From the NCBI GenBank assembly GCA_051294905.1, contig CM119371.1, positions 1,180,001 to 1,244,000 on the forward strand: 64,000 bases of DNA. The letters run 5' to 3'. A program made the position numbers and the translations under genes. The stretch comes from Botryllus schlosseri (lineage: Eukaryota). The notes under the pieces were generated by a model, which made no database searches, was not told the origin of the DNA, and saw only the letters and a program-made list of their open reading frames with translations. Positions 40,157 through 52,729 of this stretch are shown here, piece by piece (position 1 is the stretch's first letter; each line of letters starts with the position of its first letter).

Positions 40157-42422
40157 CTTTGTCTATTCATTCCAATCGAGTGATTGTCAAATTTTAATAT
40201 AATGAGCGTGGGTCATTTAATAAACGGGCCGTTTCGTGAATTTATTGAAAAGTTTGAGAACCACTTGGTTACAAAACCATAATTGTAATGCACCTACAAT
40301 GTCGCTGCCAATTCTAATTGTGTCTTGAAAAGTATGTCGTGATATTAAACTCACCTTGTACTACAATTGAAAATGTCGTTGCTTCAAATTTGCGCAAATT
40401 ACTTGAATCTGATCGATAAAAAGACCCTTGTCTGTAATGACAAAGAAAAGATACGTCGATTCAAAATCGACTCAAATTCAAATTCAACATTTAACCAATG
40501 TGTTGAGAATTTTTGTTACATACAGTAACCAAGTAATCATATTGGCGGTGATGTCACAGAATGAAAAACTCTCATATCCGAGATCATTGATTTAGGGATA
40601 AAACAAAATCTGAACTTACCCATATGGTGCCTTTCAGTCTTTCAGACATTGATGTTCGTCAGATTACATCTGATCGGTTGCGATTGCATTTTGAATTCTT
40701 GATGCTTTTTACATTAGCTTCACCTTCCTACGTCTCGGCATAATATTGAGCAGCATTCGACCAGCTACCCCAACGAGTAACTGCTTTAGCTTCTTAGTGC
40801 TTGATTGCTTCATCGCTAAAATTGGTACTTTTTATTTAAACTATACTAGAAATATGACTTTATAACTTTTAAGCAGCAAAATATGACTTTATATGAATTC
40901 ATAACTTTCTTAATATACCCCATAGGGATGCGGTTTTTGCGTTAAAATTGATTTCACGACTTACTGATGCATAGAAAAAAATATGACTTCAATGACTTTA
41001 AATGGCCCTAGTCATTTCTCATTACAATTCCCATACACATAATGTAGGTTAACATGCAAAAGGTATGACATAATTGCAAATTGGAGGGTGTGCGATCTGA
41101 CTTCCTACTGACCATGTTAGCGTACATTAGCACAGTGTATTCGAAGATTCAACACACCGTGAACAGCATACATACGGCACACAATTTAATGACAGACAGT
41201 AATTTCATATATAGAATGTTACTTAGAAGTATCCACTGAGAGAACAGACTAACGGAATATATGACTTTTTCATTAAGGAAGACACTGATTCTTCATTTGT
41301 ATGACGAACTTACACTCATTGAGAACCATGAGTTGCAATTCATCCATTTTTCAAGATTCATTCTAACTTGACGTTTTTCTGGACAGTTAAAGAGAGACAT
41401 CTGACAATATCAGGTGCATTAAAGATGAATAGCTCTTCGCTGCTCTTATATAAATGTGCTCCGATTAAGAGGAGCACTGACTGCTTTCACATAGCTATGT
41501 AATGCCTTATTACTACCGATTTGAAGTGAAGAGAAATGATTCATATAATTGGAATTTTTTGTCAACTTGACTTGAGTAGAGCAATTTTCTTGAAAAATGG
41601 AAATGAAAAATGACTCGAGTCAACTTGAGACACTTTATGTGTGATGTCAAGTTGTATAGACCTACTACAGTCATTGCACAAGTCTCAATGAAGTCATATG
41701 ACTCAAACATTATATACAACTTGATTGAAGTCTCGTGTATCAGGATCAATACTTGACTCTGCGACTCGAGTCAAGACGAGTCAAGTCATGACTCCATTTA
41801 TTACAAGCCTGAATGTAGCCACCGTATTGTCATAAAAGGATATTGTTACGAAAATCTTGTCTATCCGCGTTTCTGTTGCTCATTATCAGTTACTCAAAAA
41901 GATGATTCTTGCCATTTTAAAAGCTAGTACTGGGAAATTATTACCAAAAGCCTGCGTCTCATTCAGACAATCTATTTGATGAAACAACTTACACTCAAGT
42001 ACTCATCAGAACTTCTACTTTTGAATATTACTTCAAGTAGTTGTAACAAGTCTCAAATCACTCATAATTGATGAGAAATTAAGGGGTCGACTTCAGACTT
42101 CCTACCAAGTGTCGGAGATTTATCTAGGCCCCTCCTTGTCATATCATCTGTGTAAGCAGTGTCTTATAAAAGCCCAGACGCGGGCCGTGCTACAAGTCGG
42201 CAGCTAAAGGATGGAAATGAAGAAAATTGGCCTGGTTTTAATGACCATGGTAGTCAACAAACACCATGAACACCACAAACAACAACATAATTACTTCTAC
42301 TTCAACCACAAGATAGTGCAAGGCTAGAGCTAGAGCTAGAAACTGTGTTTACCTGTAGTCATACACATGTTAGGAGTGAAAAGAATGAGTATATCATGGT
42401 TTTTACTGGTGCTGCCAACAAC

Positions 42423-42989
42423 CAGTGTTGGGATGACTCGAGTCACTTTTTTCGTATGACTTGACATGACTTGGCGCGTCAGAAATGTGGTTTGACTCGT
42501 GACTCGAAGAAAAGGTTTCGAGTCAATTTCAAGTCATCAAGTAACAGTGTCGATAAAAATGGCTGATCTTGCATATATTCGAATTGTTCTCGATACGCTG
42601 GTGTGACATGTAAGAGTGAGCAATCACTATTTTGAATGATAATTATAGATTGAGGCTATACGGTTATATGAGTACTTTATCAGTTCTACGCATGCGTGGG
42701 CGATACGAAGCCTTTTTTTACAAGTATTTTATACTAGGTATAGTCGTCCCACGGTTCCAAACTAATGGCAACTTCCAAACAGCTACCGGTATCAAAATGC
42801 GATAACGCAATTATGCTTCGTACTTCAAAAAATCAACTTGAATTGAACTATGACTTGACTCGTGACTTGACTTAACTCGACTTAATTCGAGCCACCTTTG
42901 AAAATAGGATGACTTGACTCGACTCGAGTCAAATGTCAATGACTTGAAATGACTCGTGACTCGAAGGTGGTGACTTGGTTCAAACACTG
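42423..42989. mobile_element. gactcgagtc-rich hAT MITE (cagtgttggg family)
   Basis: TIRs cagtgttgg / caaacactg; TSD ccaacaac / ccgacaac. Confidence 0.8.
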
Positions 42990-45011
42990 CCGACAACACG
43001 CCACTATTCGGATCTGAAATCATGGATTTGCCAAAATAATGTAATTTATAATTTATACACTTTTCGCCTCCTCGTGTGTCAGTCGAACATTTATGTTTGT
43101 CAGATTCCGACTGAACGGTTGAGATTGTCATGCAAACGTCATTCACGAAAGAAATTTAGATGTATCGGAGGAACAGCCTCTCAAATGAGATGTTATGTAC
43201 GATGATATTCTGATGGCGATCCACTGTAATAAAATTAGAAGTAGCCTAGTTGTATAAATTAGATTCAGTAAATCTAACCATCTATAAAAGGATAGCACCC
43301 GACTATATTCATCTATTTCCTATAGTCACAGGCTGAAATAGTCAGGTTTTCCTCAGTGTTACTCAGGTAGAAGTAACATCATACGTTTCTACTCAAGTGC
43401 AATTTACAAGCAACTTGAAAGACAAATGCCAGTTTTGCCAGAAAAATGAAAACTGTTCAGGTAGAAGTGTAAGTAGTCCTAAATCATAACAACTCGAGTA
43501 CGGTAATTAGTACAAGTATGCAAAACTTATTTGAGATTTAAGTACTTTAAAAAAAATTTAAATGACTTCATTACTGACCATCACTGCTTGCAGAGGACCT
43601 GATTTGGTTTTCTAGTTTATTTCACGCCCAAGCTTAGCAATGGATGGGTGTGCTTGAAGCGAGATGAAATATATTTTGAGAATCGGCGGCTACATCGGAA
43701 TGATCAGCAAAGGTTTAGTTATCGGTTTGATGGGTAGTTCATGAGATATCCGGTAATAGTCACGCTCTAGTTCAACACACAATGGCAGGGGGCAGACTAG
43801 TACACCATACTCAACCAACCGTTGGACCGGGAACTACTTAATTTTTAAAACAAGCAACTACAACTACTTATTTTCAAAACTAGTAACTAGAATTACTCAT
43901 TTTTCAAAATTCGCTACTAGAAATTGAAATTTAATTACTCAATTTTTAACAATTAGCAAATTGAGTTGGAACTACGCTATTTTTGAAATCCGTCACTAGA
44001 ACTAGAACTACTTATTTTCAAAACTAGCAATTAGAACTGGAACTACTCAAGTTTTCAAAACAAGTAACTTGAAATAGGAGTATAATCACTCAATCTTTGA
44101 AAATTAGCAACTCGAGTTAAAACCTACGATCTTTTCAAAATCCGTAGCTAGAACTAGGACTGGCTACCAGGGTGGAGTGAAAAATGGAAAATTTTGAATT
44201 TTAAAACGGACACTTGATATGTGGTGCCGAATTAAAAAAAAAAAAAATTCTATAATAATTTTGGGCTCGTGCACCCTCTAGTTGTCGAAATTGACTAGAC
44301 TTTACTATAGTCAATCTGTATAATGACTCAGTTTGAACGCGAGTCATTGCGCATGACTCTGACCAAGTGATATGACTCGAGTCTGAAACGGCCAAGACCA
44401 ACATACCATTGCAATTTCAAAGAATAGTGAAGTAACCACAGTGTTGGTATTTCAACAATTGCTACTGGTACTTGAATATGCAATCTGAAGCTGTTCAAAA
44501 TGCGAAAATCAGTTTATATGTTTTAAATGTTAACCATTCAATATCGCCAGATATCGTTATAAAAAGTAGTTTTAACAAGACTAAGTCGAAACTGAGCAGT
44601 CAACGCAATGACTTCGACTCGGACTCGAGTCATAATATCATGACTTGGACTTGACCCTCTGCTCGCTGACTTGGACTCGGAATGACTCGATGGTGAATTA
44701 AAAATGACTCGAGTTGAAACTATAAAAGTAAGATTGACTTGTGAATCGGAGCCTGTATGGCTGTCACTAAATGATTATGAACTTCAACGTCACAAGATTT
44801 GAAAATAATACGTTCTGTTTTGGAATGACCGCAATATCAAACTACAGCTTCAATGACTACATCTACTTACTCAACCTTGTAAATTGTGAATTTAACACTC
44901 ACACACATACCTACACACAATCCCGAAGCCTGTACAATACATAAACAGAGCACGTCAGCACCACAATACCGACAAGTTTGTGATGAATATTGAATATTGG
45001 CTCTCACGTAC

Positions 45012-46192
45012 CTGGTCATAGGAGGTCGAGACACAAATTACTCTTGTCCTCCTTTTGATTCTTTAGCTTCTTCTGTTGAAGCACATTGATAGCTTTGAAT
45101 CTCACTCCCGTTCATGATCTTGCCCTGAAACAATACCCGAACACACAGTTACAGCCAGATTTATACATACTACGAATCTAGTCAGTCGACGGTCATTAAC
45201 TACTGGTTATCCCGTAGTTCTAGTTCTAGTTACAATATTTTTACTGCGAGTAGTTCTAGTTGCATTACGGAATAAGTTAGTTGCGAAACTATAAAACACG
45301 TGTCACCGTTCTGTGAATCGTGATATCGGTGTTCTATTGTGCGTTGTTTTTGCATTGCTAGCTAAGAGTCATCACTACTAAAAGTGATTAAGCCCGGTGG
45401 TGGGTTTTGATTCACAGAACCCCTTTCCTCGCAAGCTCGATATCCTGGCCTTTTGTAATGCCGAATCTATATCCAATATTTGTTAGGTTGTTTGTGATTC
45501 AGTAATTCGTATTATCCATTATTAGTCAGCTCTGTTTTAGTTAGTTGGTTTCAAGTTATCAAAGATGGTTAGTTCTATAAAATATAGTCTAGTTGTGGTT
45601 GCGAATTTTGGAAAATGAGTACCGTACAGATTTTGCAAATCCAATAGTTAGTAAAGGTCTTGTTGCAGCGCCGTAACAGTGGATTGAAAGTACCACTTAG
45701 CACGGACGCATATACACTAGTGCGAAGCATGGACCGGAGCCGGGTTGGATATCCGGCCGGATTTTTTTAAATTTTGGTTGGACCGTATCGGAGCCGGATC
45801 AGTACTTCTTTGATATGGCCAGAATCTCTATGGATTAGCATGACGTTTGTAATAAATAACTACCAACCAACAACACCCAAGTAACCGCCAAGCCAGTGCG
45901 AAAAGAAACGAGCTATATTTTTAAATTCATGGAACCACCGTACCGTGTTAGGTCGGATTTCCAGCAGGACTTTTTAATTTTTGGCCGGAGCCGCATCAGT
46001 ACTTTTTTCTGATACGGCCGGAGCCGGAACAGAGAATTGACAAACCGGATCGGAGCCGGACCAGAGAATTTGTCAATCCGCTCCTCACTAATATACATAC
46101 GTTTCCTCGTCATTCAGCTCGCCGATACAATTTGTCGTTTCTTCCGGGGTCTTGGATTGGACGTAAGCACATCTCTTGGAGTGGCCGATGGG
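45012..46192 (-). pseudogene. RBM28: RBM28-like relic, copy B (exons 46101-46192 and 45012-45124)
   Basis: 'IGHSKRCAYVQSKTPEETTNC' (RNP1 of RRM3) and 'GKIMNGSEI/..QQKKLKNQKEDKSNLCL'; intronic flank similar to that of the 33553-33682 relic. Confidence 0.65.
45718..46090. mobile_element. MITE with ccgga-rich subterminal repeats
   Basis: Termini tagtgcgaagc / gctcctcacta; multiple ggagccgg motifs. Confidence 0.6.
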
Positions 46193-46489
46193 CTATGGCA
46201 GAATTGCTGACGAACTAAACAATATATATTGAAAATGTGACAGCGACGTATTCAAATACACAAATACATGCAGAAAAACACTAGTTATACAGCGTATAAG
46301 GAGTCTTACATTATTTTTTTTCAAATTCAACTGACTACATGATAGAGTTGTTAGTTTGGCTATAAAAACTGACTACACCAAACTTGGTTTAATACCAATC
46401 AGTAGCCGCGTTGCTACAAGAGATGAAAGATTTGGATACAGCCTAATATATAAAAATTAAATATTTTTTTTTCAATACTTTCTGATCAC

Positions 46490-47076
46490 CAGGGTTGTAA
46501 CCAAGTCACAAGGCTCCGAGTCACAAGTCAATCTCACTTTTATAGTTTTGACTCGAGTCAAGTCGAGTCATTTCAATTCACCACCGAGTCAAGTCCGAGT
46601 CCAAGTCAGCGAGCAGAGTGCCGAGTCCGAGTCATGGAATTATGACTCGAGTCCTAGTCCAAGTCATTGTGTTGACCGCTCAGTTTCCAGTTGAAGTCTT
46701 GGTAAACCCGCTTTTTATAGCTCTGTTTGGTGATATCGAATGGTTCGCATTTATAATATGCCAATTTTCCTCACTTTCAGCAGTTTATGGTCGCATTTTC
46801 AAGTACCAGTCTACCAACAGACGAAATCCCAATAGTGTGTTGGCTTCAGAATTACAATGAAATATCGGTCTTGGCCGTCTGAGTCTCGAGTCAATGACTT
46901 GGTTCGAGTCTTGCGCAATGACTCGAGTCCAAGTCGAGTCAGCACACAGAATGACTCGAGTCGAGTCGAGTCATTTCCGTATTTTGAATAAATGACTCGA
47001 GTCAAGTCGAGTCATCAGAAAATTGTGAGTCGAGTCGGACTCGAATCGAGTCATGACTCGAGTCATTACAACTCTG
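46490..47076. mobile_element. gactcgagtc-rich hAT MITE nested in a palindromic MITE
   Basis: TIRs cagggttgtaa / ttacaactctg; perfect TSD ctgatcac. Confidence 0.88.
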
Positions 47077-48295
47077 CTGATCACCCCATGAAATTTATAG
47101 TTTTTCGACAGAAACGCTGCCAAACAAATTTGGTCAATTCCAACCAATGGAAGCGGGGTTATTGCAGTCGATAAATTAGGATATGAAAAAATTAACAACC
47201 TGCCCACCGTGAATACGACACCAATTATTCATATCCAAATTTCCGACTGCAATAACTCCGCTTCCACTGGTTGGAATTGGGCTAAATGTAGGATTGATGT
47301 TGAAACTTCTCAAAGCTTCAAAAGCGTGTTCGACTTTTCATGCTTGAAATCGATGAATGCGTAACAGAGCTATCTTCTAACTTCTAATATTTACGCAGGG
47401 ATTTTTCAGATCTCGTATCACTCGAGATTCAGTGATAACTACACCGCGTCGATCTTTGTATTGAAACAGGAGAAGTTGCTGAAATAGGATGGCATCATTT
47501 TATCAAAGAACTCATAGAGTAAACATGTTAGCCGATTCCAAAAAAAAAAAACATTCGACTCCGCTATTTTGGACAGTGTTGTTCTGCTCCCTTTTGGCCA
47601 AATTAAGTCGAGACACTGCTTTGTTCAAGTTAACCGAAAATTTAATTGCTCCTTCATGGGTGTGCATTACTGTATTAGGACTGTTCAAGAATAAGCTTTT
47701 TTCTGGATTCCAACCATTCGGCGAATAAATAGTCAGGTTACCCTAAAAAAGGCTGCACACCAAATTTGGTTCAATTCTGACAAGTATAAGGCTCCGCAGA
47801 TCAAATTAAAATTTTCAATTTGCTAGGGAAGATATAAAAAAAACAATCAAGGATAATAATCAGAGAATTATCAACGAAAAACTCGAATAACTTCTCTGCT
47901 ACTAGTTGGAATTGACTGAAATTTGTTTTGCATCGTTTTTGAAGACAGCTCAACAATATCATGGGGTTGACAGTAACAATTTGAAGTTTATTTTCAATTT
48001 GACCTAATAAATTAAATATTTGAATCTGATTTTGAAAAATTGTGTAGCTTTAACTGTGATTCTGATCTAATTTGAAAAAAACAGTCCAATTATAATTCTA
48101 AATGTAGTACAATTTGTACAAAAAAACTGTAGCTTTTAGCTATCATTCTAATTCCAATCTAATTTGAATTTGAAAATGATCTAGTTGTCCCAATCTGGCT
48201 GCGAAAACCCAGTTATCGTGTGAACCCCGGTTAGAAACCCCTGCTACAAGTTAGCGTAATGAGAAAATATGCTAATAGTTGTGGTTATGACATAC

Positions 48296-49472
48296 CTTCA
48301 GCTTTTGACACTTCTAGTAAGATTGCCAGCACATAATCGAGTTGTACGTCTGCATTTTTCAGTTTGGCCCGATTTGCATTTTCAATCTTCACATGTTTCT
48401 TCCCTTCTGTTGCGTTGAGACCTTCGGGGGCTTGCGTTTCTACACAGAAAAATCACAGGTGGTCATGTAGTCTGCATCGCACTTTTCTACAAGTGTTAAT
48501 GGGAGGTGGCTACCTAGCTTCACGCTGGGTTGCTATGACTCGATTTACCGGTGACTCAACTTGACTCGAGTAATTTTTTCAAATAACTCTACTCGAATAA
48601 ATTGATGTGTTGAATCAACTGGCCTCGAGCAATTTCTTCAATAGACTTGACTTTAGGATCACCATATTCTGGAATCGGGAAAGGGGGACACTTTTTCAAA
48701 ATATTTAAACTTGGAGAAGTCAAAATTATGTCAAAATTGTAGCGTTAGGCCAAAAATTGTCTAAATTGTTTACAAAGTAATAACTTTTTTGCAACCTGCG
48801 TTTCGTTCATTTTGTATATTTTGCAGTGTCTGTGAACTTGTCATTGGACATTTCACCGCTTGTAGCCTACTTTATAGGCCTGCAGTTGTAGACGGCCCAT
48901 GGTCTGCTTATTGTGAATCGTAAACATTCAAATGAAACAAATAGGTCAACATGGTGCTCAACGTACCGCAATATTCCAACTGAAGCTACACTCTGTGGAC
49001 ATTGCAAGGTTCTTATATCAAGAAGTGTTGTGCTACTAAACATTTTAATTATCTCTACCATAATCCGTGGTGTAATTTCTGCAATTCTTCATAGGGCCAG
49101 ATTTTCTTGAAATAAAGTTAGAAAAAATGTTTTTTTCAGGCCATACTACTTCGTAAGGAAAGACAGTTCCAACCGGAAATGAAGACAATTCTAACGTTAT
49201 GTGGGAAAACACCTCATTTGTATACATTATTTTTTTAAAGTCGGTAAAAAATGTCGAAATATTGATTTTTAGGTCAAAATCGTTCATGTTTAGGTTAAAA
49301 ATAAGCCTAGTCAAAACCATACACGTCATCAAATTCTCCGTTGGGATTGCCAGCATTCTGATTGCATTTGCATTTTCCTTACCATTCAGTGAGTCGAGAC
49401 AATTTTAAACTTTGTCGAAGGTGAGGTCTTGAATCGGACGAGAGCACATCGCTTGGACATGCCAATGGCGAT
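48296..49472 (-). pseudogene. RBM28: RBM28-like relic, copy C (exons ~49411-49472 and 48296-48439)
   Basis: 'GMSKRCALVRFKTS' (RNP1) and 'TQAPEGLNATEGKKHVKIENANRAKLKN/TTRLCAGNLTRSV' (RRM3-4 linker and RRM4 start, cf. AAEG...KLK...TRLC..NLP). Confidence 0.7.
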
Positions 49473-50123
49473 CTGAATAGAAGATGTTATAAATGTGACA
49501 GCAACGTATTGAATTTGAAACATATGAATACAAGCAGGGAAATAATATTCATGCATCTGAGATCTTATGATCATACATACAACACACTTGATATCAAAAA
49601 GAAACCATCAAGTTTCGCATTAAATTCAAATTTCTGATATTTATTTATTTATTTGATATTTTTGGTATTTGGCATCGCCATGACCCAACATATCCATCAC
49701 TGTTTCAATTCAATAGTGAAAATCACCTAATAGTTTTATGGTCTTGTTCTACGTTCACTTTAGTTACAGCAAGTAGTAGAGGTGGACCGATATCGACCTA
49801 GCCGATGATCGAGGCCAATGTTTGGAACATCGCTCCGAGTTCTCAGTCTCAGGAAATCGACGACACAAAGGGGGCTGCGTGACAGATTGCCCTTGCAGGA
49901 CAAGTTGAACTGGGTGAGCATGCAGTGAAACTATGCTTCCTGCGTCACAGCCTACCTCTACTGGACTGATCTGTGATTCTGCATCATCTTTTGCTCTTTG
50001 GGATATCCCACATTTCAATGAATGTGCACAATTAAGCAATAATTGTTTTATAGTTTATTGATCAGCTTTCTGCGGCATGTACAAGAGACAACTACCATAA
50101 TCGAACAGAACAGAATAGAACGG

Positions 50124-50737
50124 TAGGGCTGTTCGAAAAAATCTTTTTTTTCTGAATCTTGTTGGCTGCATCATTAAATCATTAGTTTGGCTTAAAAAAC
50201 GATGCACACGAAATTTGAATTCATTCCAACCGGTAAGCGCAGACTTTGTACAGTTTGAAAATTTTGAATATACCCAAAAATGCAAAAAAAAATTTCAAAC
50301 TTTTGGTCAACCCCAAGAAATTGTTGCGCTGTCTTCAAAAACGATCCAAAACAAATTTGACTCAATTCCAACCAGTAAAAGCGGGGACATTTGAGTTTTT
50401 CTTTGATAATTCTGGGATTATCCTTGATCGGTGGATAATCCGAGAACTATCAACGAAAAACTCAAATAACTCTGCTTCTACTAGTTGGAATCGAGTCAAA
50501 TTTGTTTTGGATCGTTTTTGAAGACAGCACAACAATTTCCCGAGGTTGACAGAAAAATTTGAAAATTATTTTTTATGGCATTTTTAGGTAAATTCTAAAT
50601 TTTCACACTGTACGAATTACGCCCTTACCGGCTGGAATGAATTCAAATTTCGTATGCAGCGATTTTTTAAGGCAACCTAACGATTTAATCACGTAGCTAA
50701 CAAGGTTCAGGAAAAAAAGTTTTTTTGAACAGCCCTA
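50124..50737. mobile_element. Near-palindromic MITE (~614 bp)
   Basis: Termini tagggctgttc / gaacagcccta; the arms are complementary nearly to the centre; no clear TSD. Confidence 0.8.
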
Positions 50738-51269
50738 CTGCACGCCTGTCGTAGTGGTCTGGCGGAAGAGATGGACATGGCCTATTTTGCACCATTCACC
50801 CATGATTCGGCAACTACATGATACTGCACTATAGTCGTTCCAGACGCAAATGAATAGCTTTGCACAGCATAGAGGCAACTAGAGTGGAACATGGCGTTAC
50901 TAAAAAATATTGACTTTGCAGTTCCAATACAGCAGTTTTCTGAAGAAAATAGCTACAACCAAAAAAAATTCATGATTTTATCTTTAATTTGATACTACAT
51001 TAGTTTTAGAGCAAAGTGACTCTTGAAAACAATAATTTTTGAATATGTTTATCCGACAACATTTTTCAACAACTGATGCTTCAGCAATCACGTGTTAAGA
51101 CCATGCACACACCGTATGCACCGGAAATATCGTTTTACTGGCCTCTTAGGAATGCATCTATTTTCCCAATGTCGCTATAGGCTACAACTAGAGTAGCAAT
51201 AATCGGCAACTTTATCAATTTGAGAGACACGGCGCTAATTTTTGTTCGGGTCTTCATATAACGTTGAAC

Positions 51270-52166
51270 CAGTGTTGGGATCAAGTCACTACCTTCGAGT
51301 CACGAGCCATTTCGAGTCGTTGCACATTTTGACTCGAGTCAAGTCAAGTCAATCGTTTTTCGAAGGTGACTCCGAGTCAAGCCAAGTCACTCGATTTTTA
51401 GAGTTGACTCGAGTCGAGTCAAGTCAAGTCAAGTCGCAAGTCAAGTCACAACTCAAGTCAAAATGCCTTTTCGGAGTATGAGGCATGCTTATTTTTTTGC
51501 ACTCTGCTAGCTGTCTGAAATACAGATTAAGTGGTCATTGATTCTAAACAGATAAACGATTATAGACTGAATATACATGAAAGAAAGCGCTGTTTCATTC
51601 ACATATAGCCTACGTAGAAACCCTAAACTACGTAAGCAATTGCATAGCCTCAGTTTATACTTACCTGTCAAAATAGATCATCGAGAAACGAATTGATAAG
51701 ATGCAATACATTACCCATTTACAAATTGATATGATATGATACCAACTCAAGCCTGCGCAAATAGTTCAGGACTATATGAGCTATATTCGTTTTTAATTTA
51801 AAAAAACAAGAGGTTCGGTTATGACAGCGCAAGCTTCACTTCGGTTGTGGTCAATATATTTATGAGAGAACAATGGAGGCTCAGTAAAACGCACGATCAT
51901 TGGATGATTGGCCGTTCTCACGATTTAACGTTTCGTGAACAATCCGACCATATACAAAATACTGTGATTTTTATCGACGTCTATTGCTTGGTGACTTGAA
52001 ATTGACTCGTGAATTTTGCTCCAAGTCCCGAGTCAATCCACATTTCTGGCACGCCAAGTCAAGTCAAGTCATTTTAGCATAGTGACTCGAGTCAAGTCAA
52101 GTCATACGAAAAAAATGACTCCAGTCTGATTCGAGTCAAGTCATGACTCGAGTCATCCCAACACTG
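51270..52166. mobile_element. gactcgagtc-rich hAT MITE (cagtgttggg family)
   Basis: TIRs cagtgttgggat / atcccaacactg; perfect TSD cgttgaac; empty paralogous site at ~37290. Confidence 0.92.
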
Positions 52167-52729
52167 CGTTGAACTGCATAAATTCTTGGGGCAGTTCCAT
52201 GCTATCTGTAAGAAAGGGTGCCGTATAATAATTGTAAGGGATATATACAATAGACATCCAGGTTGAGATAGATGCCGACATTAATGCCACTCAAGTAGAT
52301 TAATGAAATATTTTCAGGCAGAGTCATGGTGGTAGCAAACATTGTTGCTACTCAAGAACAGTACCGTAATAAAGTACTAGCTGGGAGAGTCTAGAGATGG
52401 TTCATAACATTGATGCTAATCACTGTAGTTGTCGAATTTTTCAATTTTCGGCAAAAATTTCAAAGTGGACAGAAAGGAGAGGTAGAATCCTATAATATTG
52501 CCACGCTTGACTGATTTCTATAGACAATGACCCATAACACGAGCTACATTTAGGGCCGAGTATCAAAAATAATTAGGCCTAACCTCTTACTTACATGACA
52601 GAATAGACCTATCTTTATACCAAAACATAGTAAATAGGATTTTAAGGTCAAACTACCTCAATTATAGACGCAATTTCAAATCCGCCATAAAAAGCCCCTC
52701 AATTTCACAGTTGAATGATCATTAAAATC

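Larger units (their letters stand above)
32240..40815 (-). pseudogene. RBM28: Decayed RBM28/Nop4-like RRM gene, copy A (exon relics 40620-40815?, 36958-37103, 33553-33682, ~32240-32356)
   Basis: AG/GT-bounded relics: 'SNDVQQGR/VLFV*NLS..ENVLAEAF..HGQI' (RRM3 start), 'GEILNGKEIRV...EK*DKRNSYL' (RRM3 end, ..RNLYL motif), 'QCNVM...KRP/MVQIALEE' (RRM4 end); stops and frameshifts. Confidence 0.65.
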
